Assembly (NCBI GenBank): GCA_022837635.1
Contig: JALHFY010000001.1
Span: 96,136 to 160,135 of the forward strand
Length of the DNA stretch: 64,000 bases
Direction: 5' to 3'
Origin: Candidatus Shapirobacteria bacterium
Lineage (GTDB): Bacteria > Patescibacteriota > Microgenomatia > UBA12405
Part shown: positions 56,604-64,000 of the stretch, piece after piece
Layout of the letters: every line of letters begins with the position of its first letter
Numbering within the stretch: the first letter of the stretch is position 1
Translations under genes and position numbers: made by a program
The notes under the pieces: model-generated
Database searches by the model: none
Told to the model about the DNA's origin: nothing
The model's input: the letters and a program-made list of their open reading frames with translations, nothing else

Positions 56604-57779
56604 ATGACACCTGAAAAAGTTCCGATTCGGGCTACTAAAGCAGAAGTAGTCCCTAAAAATTCTCAAAAATATTTGAGAAAGTGGTTTAATGGTTTGGTGG
56701 CTGGGATGATTGTTGGTGGCCATCTTACTGCCTGTATGCCTACTGAAGCTCGATCTGTAATTCCCACAGATACTGATAGAGTGGTGGCTACTTCAACTTA
56801 CCTCCCTCCTCAAAAAACACTAGAATCATCCACTCCCACTCTCGCCCAAACCACCTCTACCACCGTTGAAGCTCAGGTTACAACCACCACTGCCACCCCA
56901 GAATCAATAGTTGACCCCGATATTGAAGCCGTTGATGAGGTATTGGCTGAACAAATTAGGAATTCTATGCCCTCAATGTGGGTTTACGATCGAGAACAAA
57001 AACAATTTGTAATTAGATCCAACGATGACTTTGTTTTTTCAATTTACAAAAGAACTACTTTAAGAATTACTAATAGCAATGGCGAAGAAATTGGTTATGC
57101 TAGATATTTTAACAAGAATCGTCCAGACAGCGATGCTTCTGAATACTTTTCTCTTACCGATAAATCAGAAAATACCATAATTCCTTTCAAACTCTACTCA
57201 CAGATGGGTGAGTTTAAAACCGACAATTTAACAACCATTGGGAAATACAACACTAAACAATGTCTATTTGCTTTCACTAATGATTTACATGTAGTTAAGT
57301 ATAATTTTCAGTTTCCACAAATTAATATGGACTGGACAAATAAATATGCTTCTGACACGCTTGATATAGTGAATGGAGACGAATTGGTTCAAGCAGGTAT
57401 TGTTAGAACTGTCTCTATAATCAAATCAGAAAGCGAAGAAAAGATATACGAAGATTTAAAAAATAATATTCCAGTTATTGTGAATATAGGTGAAAAAGAA
57501 TGGGTGGTTAACAAAGGTATTAATTATATTTGGGATGACTCTCGGGATAGAGATTATGAAGTTATTGATGGTCACTTGATTTTATTCAACGGAGTTGCTG
57601 ATGATCAAAATGCTTGTATGTCTCTTCAATGGGATGAAGCTTTTCCAGCATTAATACTTTGGGAACATTACGAAAAACGGTTCCCAGAAATTACAAGGAT
57701 ATATGACGTTGTTACTCAACCTTTTATTGATTTGAGTACAATTAGAACCCCAGTAATCAGTTTTCTTCGAGAAAAATAA
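56604..57779 (+). CDS. Hypothetical lipoprotein within pilus locus
   Basis: Signal peptide ending in lipobox LTAC (KWFNGLVAGMIVGGHLTAC), T-rich linker, globular C-terminus. Confidence 0.4.
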   Translation: MTPEKVPIRATKAEVVPKNSQKYLRKWFNGLVAGMIVGGHLTACMPTEARSVIPTDTDRVVATSTYLPPQKTLESSTPTLAQTTSTTVEAQVTTTTATPESIVDPDIEAVDEVLAEQIRNSMPSMWVYDREQKQFVIRSNDDFVFSIYKRTTLRITNSNGEEIGYARYFNKNRPDSDASEYFSLTDKSENTIIPFKLYSQMGEFKTDNLTTIGKYNTKQCLFAFTNDLHVVKYNFQFPQINMDWTNKYASDTLDIVNGDELVQAGIVRTVSIIKSESEEKIYEDLKNNIPVIVNIGEKEWVVNKGINYIWDDSRDRDYEVIDGHLILFNGVADDQNACMSLQWDEAFPALILWEHYEKRFPEITRIYDVVTQPFIDLSTIRTPVISFLREK

Positions 57780-57826
57780 TATAGTTCCTTTACTTAAGAC
57801 ATCTTTGTCTTGTATAATCTTTAAGT

Positions 57827-58342
57827 ATGAGAATAAGGTTAGTGCGCGTATTGATACTTCTTAATCTCTTTCTCCTGGTAGGAATAGTTTTTCTGCCAAA
57901 TATTACCAAAATAAAGCCTAAACCAGCTACATCACTAGGTTTTTTATGGGTAAACAGGTTTAAATTAGCTATGGATTTACGTAATGTTTCTAAAGTATTT
58001 AATAAAACAAATACTAATCGCAATAATTTTTTTAAACATATTGGTGAGGATCTTAAATTTGCCGAGCTGGATAATCAAGGCATTAGAATGGGTGAAACTG
58101 GAATTACATATAAATGTGAAAGATACAGTGATACCAGTCGCGTCATTATTTCACTTGACAAAAACAAGATAAACCATGACAAAAGTTTATTAGCTAAAAG
58201 AATTTATCTTACCTTGCTTGAATGTAAACTAAGCAAAGTTAACTTAACTGATAGTTCTATTCAACAAGATGAAAGTATAATCAATTACATAATCAATCTT
58301 GTTCTTAAACAGAATAAATTAAGTCCAATTGTCATTTTCTAA
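57827..58342 (+). CDS. Hypothetical membrane-anchored protein within pilus locus
   Basis: N-terminal TM (LVRVLILLNLFLLVGIVFL). No recognisable domain. Confidence 0.35.
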   Translation: MRIRLVRVLILLNLFLLVGIVFLPNITKIKPKPATSLGFLWVNRFKLAMDLRNVSKVFNKTNTNRNNFFKHIGEDLKFAELDNQGIRMGETGITYKCERYSDTSRVIISLDKNKINHDKSLLAKRIYLTLLECKLSKVNLTDSSIQQDESIINYIINLVLKQNKLSPIVIF

Positions 58343-58344
58343 TT

Positions 58345-60333
58345 ATGAAGCGAATAATAACGACTCTTTTTGCTTTCGGACTATTTCTGAATGTAAATAT
58401 AACCAAAACTAATGCTGCTTGTACAGGTACATGCACAACTTGTGATTCTCTTTACAATATATATAGATGTCAATATACAGGAATTCCTTGTACAGGACCA
58501 GGAAGTTATTGCTCAGGAGGCGGTCAGTGCTTATACCAAGGATTAGGTTGTGATGGTAAGGACACTTGTTCTTGTGATACCATTACCTCAACTTGTGGTT
58601 GTACTGGTGGATGTAAACCTGGACAAGTTTATTATAGTGATACCTGTGAATATAGTTGTACTCCTAACTGTAGCTGCGCTAATAATCTCTGTAGTACTCA
58701 AACTTGTCCCAATGGTTGCGGTGGTACTTGTATTGGCCGGGTTACTTATGACTGTAGCTGTGCAAACAATTTATGTTCTGATCAGACTTGTCAAGGCTCT
58801 TGTGGTACCTGTACTGGTCAACTCAATTGTCCTCTGACCACCCTAACCACCTTTGAAATTAGGCGAGCTTCAGACTGGTCTTATACGGATCGAAACGATG
58901 GTGGTAAAGACATTACCGATGATCAAAATCGTCTCCATATTTGCGATCCTTACTTAAGTATTCAAGCTTCTCAACCCAGAAGTGTCATCTATGTTGCCTG
59001 GTTATCAAACACTCTCGGTTGTGACAATATTGATCCCGATTCAGTTAAGATGAGATGGTTGGGTAATAGTCAAGAAATTTCTATGAGCAAACTAACTGAT
59101 CATCAAAATCATCCTCACTGTGGCTATTCTGCCACTGTGACTTATCTTGATACTGTTAACATTCCTGATCCGGCCACCTTTCAAATCACTATGAAGAGTA
59201 TTCAAGGTAATAAGGTTACTCCTTGGACCAACGTTATTCCTGCCCTAAGACTTAAAGTCTGGGATTGTAATCTCTCGGTCACTGGTAACTTCTATGATTC
59301 CTCAGGTCAGACAATCTGTAGTTCAAATGCCTTTAATGACAGTCTACCCTCAAACTTAGTTGAAAATCTAAGTTACTATTCTTCATCCGGCAGTGCTGGG
59401 ATGAGTCTTGGGGCTAATAGCTACAATGGGACTATTCGTTGGGGGAGAAGCTACAATCCAGTCTTTAACAATGGTCTTTATCCTGCTAATCCTTATGGTT
59501 CTCTCCCAGTCACCTCTCATTGGACCAGAATCAATAACAGTAGTAGTTGTCTCACTGGTTCTACTATCACTACCTCTCAAGTTGATCCCTATGTCACCTC
59601 TCCCTCTCTGGATGTTGATTTTTCCTTTACTCGTATCATGGAGCCTTGGTATCAGGTGGTGGGGTCGGGAGTGAAGACTAGAGGTACCTTGACCAGTGGT
59701 GTGCCGGTGACGGCCAGTTTTGCGTACCTAACTCGAGGTACCTCTTCAGGTGGCTTTACAGAAATGCATGTACCCAATAATGGCGGGGTCTTTTTTAATG
59801 ACAGTTTTAATCGTAATGCCTATTATCCCAGTACTCCGCCTTATGGTTCACCAAATAACTGGTACAAGCAAAGAAAACTGGGTTTAGCCTCTATCTATGA
59901 TTATAATTACTTTTACAATCATCTCTACTTGAAACAAGGTGTTGGTACTACTGGAACTAGTTGGAATCAAAGACCAGAGTCAGGCCCCTTCTTTGTCAAT
60001 GGTGACTTAACTATTAATGCCAATAACCAAGCCTTTACCGGTCAACCTCTCTTAACCATTGTTAAAGGTAACTTAGAGATTGATCAAAACGTAACCACTC
60101 TTCATGGTCTCTTTGTCGTCAATGGTAATATTGGTATCGGTGGTAGCAATACCACTGCCCTTAATATTCATGGTTCAGTCTATGCTCGAGGTGATATCCG
60201 AGCCTCTCGTTCTCTAGTTCCTAAAATCAATAACAATACTTCTCCCTCAGTTATCTACAACTATCAACCCTCATATGTGTTAAATTTACCTATGGAAGTT
60301 GTTAGAGTTTTATCTGGATGGAGGATGGAATGA
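58345..60333 (+). CDS. Large secreted Cys-rich protein (candidate pilus-associated adhesin)
   Basis: Signal peptide. About 40 Cys in the first 170 aa with tandem CSCANNLCS(T/D)QTC repeats. Large beta-rich C-terminus (...FVVNGNIGIGGSNTTALNIHGSVYARGDI). Lies between the minor pilins and pilX/M/N/O. Confidence 0.45.
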   Translation: MKRIITTLFAFGLFLNVNITKTNAACTGTCTTCDSLYNIYRCQYTGIPCTGPGSYCSGGGQCLYQGLGCDGKDTCSCDTITSTCGCTGGCKPGQVYYSDTCEYSCTPNCSCANNLCSTQTCPNGCGGTCIGRVTYDCSCANNLCSDQTCQGSCGTCTGQLNCPLTTLTTFEIRRASDWSYTDRNDGGKDITDDQNRLHICDPYLSIQASQPRSVIYVAWLSNTLGCDNIDPDSVKMRWLGNSQEISMSKLTDHQNHPHCGYSATVTYLDTVNIPDPATFQITMKSIQGNKVTPWTNVIPALRLKVWDCNLSVTGNFYDSSGQTICSSNAFNDSLPSNLVENLSYYSSSGSAGMSLGANSYNGTIRWGRSYNPVFNNGLYPANPYGSLPVTSHWTRINNSSSCLTGSTITTSQVDPYVTSPSLDVDFSFTRIMEPWYQVVGSGVKTRGTLTSGVPVTASFAYLTRGTSSGGFTEMHVPNNGGVFFNDSFNRNAYYPSTPPYGSPNNWYKQRKLGLASIYDYNYFYNHLYLKQGVGTTGTSWNQRPESGPFFVNGDLTINANNQAFTGQPLLTIVKGNLEIDQNVTTLHGLFVVNGNIGIGGSNTTALNIHGSVYARGDIRASRSLVPKINNNTSPSVIYNYQPSYVLNLPMEVVRVLSGWRME

Positions 60334-61091
60334 AAAAAAGAAAGGCGCAAGTAGCCATTATTGCTCTGTTGATTTCAGCACTGGTGATGACAGTGGGTTT
60401 GACTTTGTCAAGGAAAACCACCATTGAGACTAGGTTAGATACTAATGAAGAGGCTCTTCGTGACGCTTTTAATGCGGCTGAGTCGGGAATAGATTATTAT
60501 CTAAAAACAGGGACAACTGCTTATACGGTGCCTGATTTAAGTGCCAAGGCGGATGTTAGTGTAAAAAATTTAGGGGGTGAAGCGACGTTGAATTTTGGGG
60601 AATATACCCCTGAGGGAGGTAGTGAATTTTATTGGTTGACTAATCGCAATAGTGATGGAAGTTTAGGGACAAGTTATTATTCTGGCAATCAGATTACAGT
60701 GGCTCATGGGGGAATGAACGGATCTTTGGCGATTAATATTTTTTACAGAAGTGGAAGCGGTTTTGGAGTGAGACGTTGGGGTTATAACTTTAGTAGTGAC
60801 AGTAATCGCCAAGTTTCAGGCTTTACTGCGGCTACCGGAGCGCAAAATGTAACTATTACTTCTTTACCTTCTTCGCCGGTTTTAATGACGGTGACACCGA
60901 TTTTTACTGGGGCTAATCTGTCGATTACTGGTAATAATAATTTTCCTGCCCAAGGTGAGGAAATCAGTTCTTTGGGAAAAGTAGGTGAGGTTAATACTAC
61001 TCAAGCCAATAAAAAAGTAGTGATACAAAGACGCTATAAATTGCCGACTTTCTGGTTGGATGCCTTGGTGGCTGAAGGAAATATTGAGTAA
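60330..61091 (+). CDS. PilX_N-domain protein (pilus assembly / minor component)
   Basis: KAQVAIIALLISALVMTVGLTLSRKTTIETRLDTNEEALRDAFNAAESGIDYY matches the PilX N-terminal pattern (hydrophobic helix + ..NE..R..AFqAAEaal). Confidence 0.55.
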   Translation: MKKRKAQVAIIALLISALVMTVGLTLSRKTTIETRLDTNEEALRDAFNAAESGIDYYLKTGTTAYTVPDLSAKADVSVKNLGGEATLNFGEYTPEGGSEFYWLTNRNSDGSLGTSYYSGNQITVAHGGMNGSLAINIFYRSGSGFGVRRWGYNFSSDSNRQVSGFTAATGAQNVTITSLPSSPVLMTVTPIFTGANLSITGNNNFPAQGEEISSLGKVGEVNTTQANKKVVIQRRYKLPTFWLDALVAEGNIE

Positions 61092-61118
61092 TTAAAAGAA
61101 AACACCTATACTGGATAT

Positions 61119-62147
61119 ATGAGTCAGATGATAGGGGTGGATATTGGCCTCAAAAGCATCAAAGTAGTAATTTTGGATAAAAATCAGGAGAATTATGTGT
61201 TGACAGGAATTGGAGAGGTTGCCAGTCCGGGAACTGATTGGATTAGTTCTCAGACCACATCAAAAAATATTGAGGAAGTTTCTCGATCTATTAAAGTTTT
61301 GCTTAAGGACCTTAAGGTAACGACTAAATTGGCTAGTACAGCTTTACCGGAACATGAAACTGTTTCCCGTTTGGTGTCTTTACCCCCTCTTAAAGAGACG
61401 GAGATTAGGGATGCACTTCGTTTTGAGGCAGAAACCTTTGTCCCCTACCCTCTCGATCAGGTATCAATTGATTATGAAGTGGTTGATGAAGATCAGGCGG
61501 GACGTTTGAGTGTTTTTACCATTGCGGCTAAGAATGATTTGATTGCTAATTTTGTCAAGATTTTTAGAGGTGCTGGTTTGGATTTGGTGGCAATTGAGTC
61601 ACCGGCAGTGGCGATGAAAAGATTATTGAGACAGATGGGGGTTTCCACCGAAGCTTCCATGGTGGTGGATATTGGTGAGAAATTTTCAAATATTATTACT
61701 TTAAGAAAGGATAATATTTATTTTTCCAGATCAATGCCGGTGGGAGGAGAGTCGTTGACGCGAGCAATTTCTGTTAATTTGGGATTGGATATGGCTAGCG
61801 CTGAGGAATATAAGAGAGCTTATGGTATCAGAGAGATGGAACTTGAGGGAAAAATCAAAAATGCGATTATGCCAGTTTTTAACAGCATGGCTGAAGAAAT
61901 CAGAAAAGCTATGGCTCTGTTTGCGGAAAATGGTGAGCAAAAAATTCAGTTGTTGATTTTATCCGGTGGAGGTTCCAAGATGCCGGGTATGGCTGAAGAA
62001 TTAACTAGAATTTTAGGAATTGAAGTGCAAGTAGTACAACCTTTTTTGAAAATTGATGCTACCAAGATTGTAGCTCCGATTGATTTGAATGCTGATGGTT
62101 ATCGTTTTGCGACTGCAGTTGGGTTGGCAATGAGGGAGGGGGCATGA
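61119..62147 (+). CDS. pilM: Type IV pilus assembly protein PilM (actin-like ATPase fold)
   Basis: IGVDIGLKSIKVVILD N-terminus and actin/FtsA-like fold motifs. Confidence 0.8.
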   Translation: MSQMIGVDIGLKSIKVVILDKNQENYVLTGIGEVASPGTDWISSQTTSKNIEEVSRSIKVLLKDLKVTTKLASTALPEHETVSRLVSLPPLKETEIRDALRFEAETFVPYPLDQVSIDYEVVDEDQAGRLSVFTIAAKNDLIANFVKIFRGAGLDLVAIESPAVAMKRLLRQMGVSTEASMVVDIGEKFSNIITLRKDNIYFSRSMPVGGESLTRAISVNLGLDMASAEEYKRAYGIREMELEGKIKNAIMPVFNSMAEEIRKAMALFAENGEQKIQLLILSGGGSKMPGMAEELTRILGIEVQVVQPFLKIDATKIVAPIDLNADGYRFATAVGLAMREGA

Positions 62148-62698
62148 AATTAGGTAGTAGTGCTAATTTGAATTTACTGCCAAGTCAGGCCAAATTCCAG
62201 GCTGATCGGATGAATTTACAGGCTAAATTAAGGCACTATATTTTAGTAGCTGTGGTTATTTGGTTGAGTTTGGGGATATTAACCTTGGCTTTGAATATAA
62301 CTTTTGATTTGAGATTAAAACAAGCGGAACGAAGATATCAACAAAGCTTGGAGGCTTTGAAAAGTATGGATCAGGAAATTGCTTTGAGTCAGTTGATTAA
62401 ATATCGGATTAAGGTTTTGGGAGAAGTGCTTAAAGAAAGGTTTGAATATTCAACGGCTTTTGAAACTATAACTAATTTGTTTGCCGAAAAAGCCTCTTTA
62501 GGCAAATTCAATATGGACGAAAATAAGAAATTTGAAATTGAAGTTTTGGCCAGTGATAAGGAAAGTTTGGATTATATTGAAGATCGGGTAAAAAGGATAA
62601 ATCAAGGAGAGGTTCCGGGAGTTAAAAATGTGACCATGAAGCAGGCAGTAGCGGAGGCTGAGCAATGGTCGGTAACAATGGAGGTAGACTTAGAATGA
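62144..62698 (+). CDS. pilN: PilN-like pilus assembly protein
   Basis: LNLLPSQAKFQADRMNLQ followed by a single TM and coiled coil, as in PilN. Confidence 0.7.
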   Translation: MKLGSSANLNLLPSQAKFQADRMNLQAKLRHYILVAVVIWLSLGILTLALNITFDLRLKQAERRYQQSLEALKSMDQEIALSQLIKYRIKVLGEVLKERFEYSTAFETITNLFAEKASLGKFNMDENKKFEIEVLASDKESLDYIEDRVKRINQGEVPGVKNVTMKQAVAEAEQWSVTMEVDLE

Positions 62699-63471
62699 AA
62701 TTAGATTTTAAGTTAGACTTAAAATTACCGGATAAGCTGTTTGGGCAGGATTCCAGATTAATTGTAGTTTGGATTGAACCTTTAGTGGTTGGATTAATTA
62801 TTTTAATGACGACTTTGGGATTAATTGTGCCTAAAATATCTTTGTTAGCTGAAAAGAATGATCAGGTGAAAGCGGTTGAAAATAAGGGCAGAGAGGCAAA
62901 TGAAAAAATAGCTTATTTACAAGCCATGGATAGCGAGGAGGTCAAAGGCAATACTGACAAGCTTGGTCAGGGATTATTGCCTCAAAGAAGTGCTTACTTG
63001 TTGTTGGGTGTAGTTAGACAGGTTTCAGGACAATTGGATTATTACATTGATGATTTTATGATTGCAATGATGGGTGATGCTAAACAACTTGAAGGTGAGG
63101 CACTAGATAAAAAGAGTCGTTTTGATATGTTGCCGATAAAAATGACTTTGATGGGGCCAAAAGAGAAATATGTTGATTTGATTAAGGCTTTGGAGAGAAC
63201 TTTGCCGATTATATCGATTGATAGTGTAGAAATGAAATCAACACTAGGTTCAGATGTGGCGAAGGTGGATTTGAATATGTCGGCTTATTATTTACCGGAA
63301 ATGAATGTGCCTAATGTGGAAAAATTAAATTTGGCGGATTTAACTCCCAATAAACAGGAATTAGATTTAATGGCTCAATTGGAAACATATCAGACCTTAG
63401 ACGTGGAAACATTAGAGACTGACAAGGTTTTCGTAGAATATCAAAGAGAAGATCCTTTCTTTATTCCTTGA
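62695..63471 (+). CDS. pilO: PilO-like pilus assembly protein
   Basis: Single TM after a short N-terminus, coiled coil, alpha/beta C-terminus. Follows pilM-pilN. Start at the ATGA overlap with the pilN stop. Confidence 0.6.
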   Translation: MKLDFKLDLKLPDKLFGQDSRLIVVWIEPLVVGLIILMTTLGLIVPKISLLAEKNDQVKAVENKGREANEKIAYLQAMDSEEVKGNTDKLGQGLLPQRSAYLLLGVVRQVSGQLDYYIDDFMIAMMGDAKQLEGEALDKKSRFDMLPIKMTLMGPKEKYVDLIKALERTLPIISIDSVEMKSTLGSDVAKVDLNMSAYYLPEMNVPNVEKLNLADLTPNKQELDLMAQLETYQTLDVETLETDKVFVEYQREDPFFIP

Positions 63472-63715
63472 TTTGGAGAAGATAACGAGTGTTGGGAAAA
63501 CTAAGATTAAGAAGGGTGCGGATTGATTTAATAATTTTGCCTTCTTTTCCAATAATTTGACCGACAATTTCGCTGGGAGCAACAATATCGAGGATAATCA
63601 TTCCATTTTCTTCTCGGGATTCGAGACTAACCTGAGAATCGTCATTGACAACTGCTTTGATAAGATATTCAGCCGAGTCTCTAATATCGGTCATATTATT
63701 TTTGACTGTCTTCAT
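63461..63715 (-). CDS. khpA: KH-domain RNA-binding protein (KhpA/YlqC family)
   Basis: GQIIGKEGKIIKSIRTLL (GxxG KH motif). Immediately downstream of rpsP. Confidence 0.8.
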   Translation of the reverse strand: MKTVKNNMTDIRDSAEYLIKAVVNDDSQVSLESREENGMIILDIVAPSEIVGQIIGKEGKIIKSIRTLLNLSFPNTRYLLQIKE

Positions 63716-64000
63716 TATTAACTACAGTTTCAGTTTGAGCTTGCTCTTCTGTGGGTTGTGCTTCTGGGACTGATTCTTCTTTTGGTGACTCTTTTTTAGG
63801 GGCAGTATCGGCAACCTTCTTTATTTTTTTCTTTTTGCGAGGATATTTATCGGGATGGAGAAGTTTATCGACACCTTCGGTGAGTTGGGCTCCATTTTTG
63901 AGCCATTTTTCCAATTCTTTTTTATCAAGATTAAGGGTATTGGTTTGAGGGGTGTAAAAACCTAAATCAGCAGTGATTTTGCCGTTATATTTACTGCGCA
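63696..64000 (-). CDS. rpsP: 30S ribosomal protein S16 (5' end beyond window edge)
   Basis: ...ADLGFYTPQTNTLNLDKKELEKWLKNGAQLTEGVDKLL matches S16 (RVGFFNP...WLSVGAQPS). The reading frame stays open to position 64000, so the N-terminus lies outside the window. C-terminal K/E-rich tail. Confidence 0.8.
   Translation of the reverse strand, partial: RSKYNGKITADLGFYTPQTNTLNLDKKELEKWLKNGAQLTEGVDKLLHPDKYPRKKKKIKKVADTAPKKESPKEESVPEAQPTEEQAQTETVVNNEDSQK

Noticed and set aside
58550-58837. 95-aa ORF in an alternative frame of the Cys-rich pilus-locus gene
   Set aside because: The hydrophobic V/L-rich translation is an artefact of the T/G-rich Cys codon run (TGT/TGC). The same strand is already occupied by the longer ORF.
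1-64000. Alternative genetic code (UGA recoding, as in some CPR lineages)
   Set aside because: TGA terminates several well-supported genes at conserved C-termini with ATGA-type overlaps to the next gene (e.g. 7694-7696, 8615-8617, 55136-55138, 62696-62698). No in-frame TGA is needed inside conserved proteins.
1-64000. CRISPR arrays, rRNA genes, prophage
   Set aside because: No regularly spaced direct repeats with unique spacers. No rRNA-like conserved stretches. Only a single integrase (Xer-type), with no phage structural or replication genes nearby.

Overview
The window is an AT-rich, gene-dense stretch that looks like a streamlined Gram-positive-like (monoderm) or Candidate Phyla Radiation / Patescibacteria genome. 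It uses the standard genetic code: TGA terminates several well-supported genes. Many proteins are short, including a 152-aa EF-Ts, a 235-aa RF1 and a 208-aa delta-prime subunit of DNA polymerase III.

The backbone is housekeeping genes in classic syntenic blocks:
- tsf-frr-rseP
- rpsU-yqeY-ybeY
- dnaX-ybaB-recR, then cysS
- rpsF-ssb-rpsR, then ctpA
- rpmE-prfA
- hisS, dnaB
- gyrB-gyrA
- pth, ligA, holB
- rpsP-KH

Three tRNAs are present: His-GTG, Leu-CAA and Ala-CGC.

Two accessory islands stand out:
- About 2.4-8.4 kb holds a GH39-like glycosidase, three dockerin-bearing secreted proteins (one Cys-rich with triplicated modules, one with an FN3 domain) and two cohesin-domain proteins, one with an LPKTG sortase anchor.
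- About 47.3-63.5 kb holds a complete monoderm-type type IV pilus locus: pilB, pilT, pilC, a major pilin, pilD, eight tandem minor pilins, two unknown proteins, a 662-aa Cys-rich protein, a PilX_N protein, and pilM/N/O. No secretin is present. The pilins have an unusual Ala at the -1 position of the prepilin cleavage site.

Other notable features:
- a VapBC (AbrB-type antitoxin / PIN toxin) module with a textbook promoter and direct-repeat operator
- a Fic protein
- a single Xer-type tyrosine recombinase in a 640-bp noncoding region with a dif-like 26-bp palindrome and flanking repeats
- a DUF559 endonuclease ORF bracketed by ~44-bp inverted repeats
- a family of GC-rich palindromic mini-repeats, some inserted in-frame inside dnaX and pilD
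- an N-terminally truncated RF1, a YbeY with a degenerate metal-binding site, and a truncated LspA-like protein

No rRNA, CRISPR or prophage was detected.
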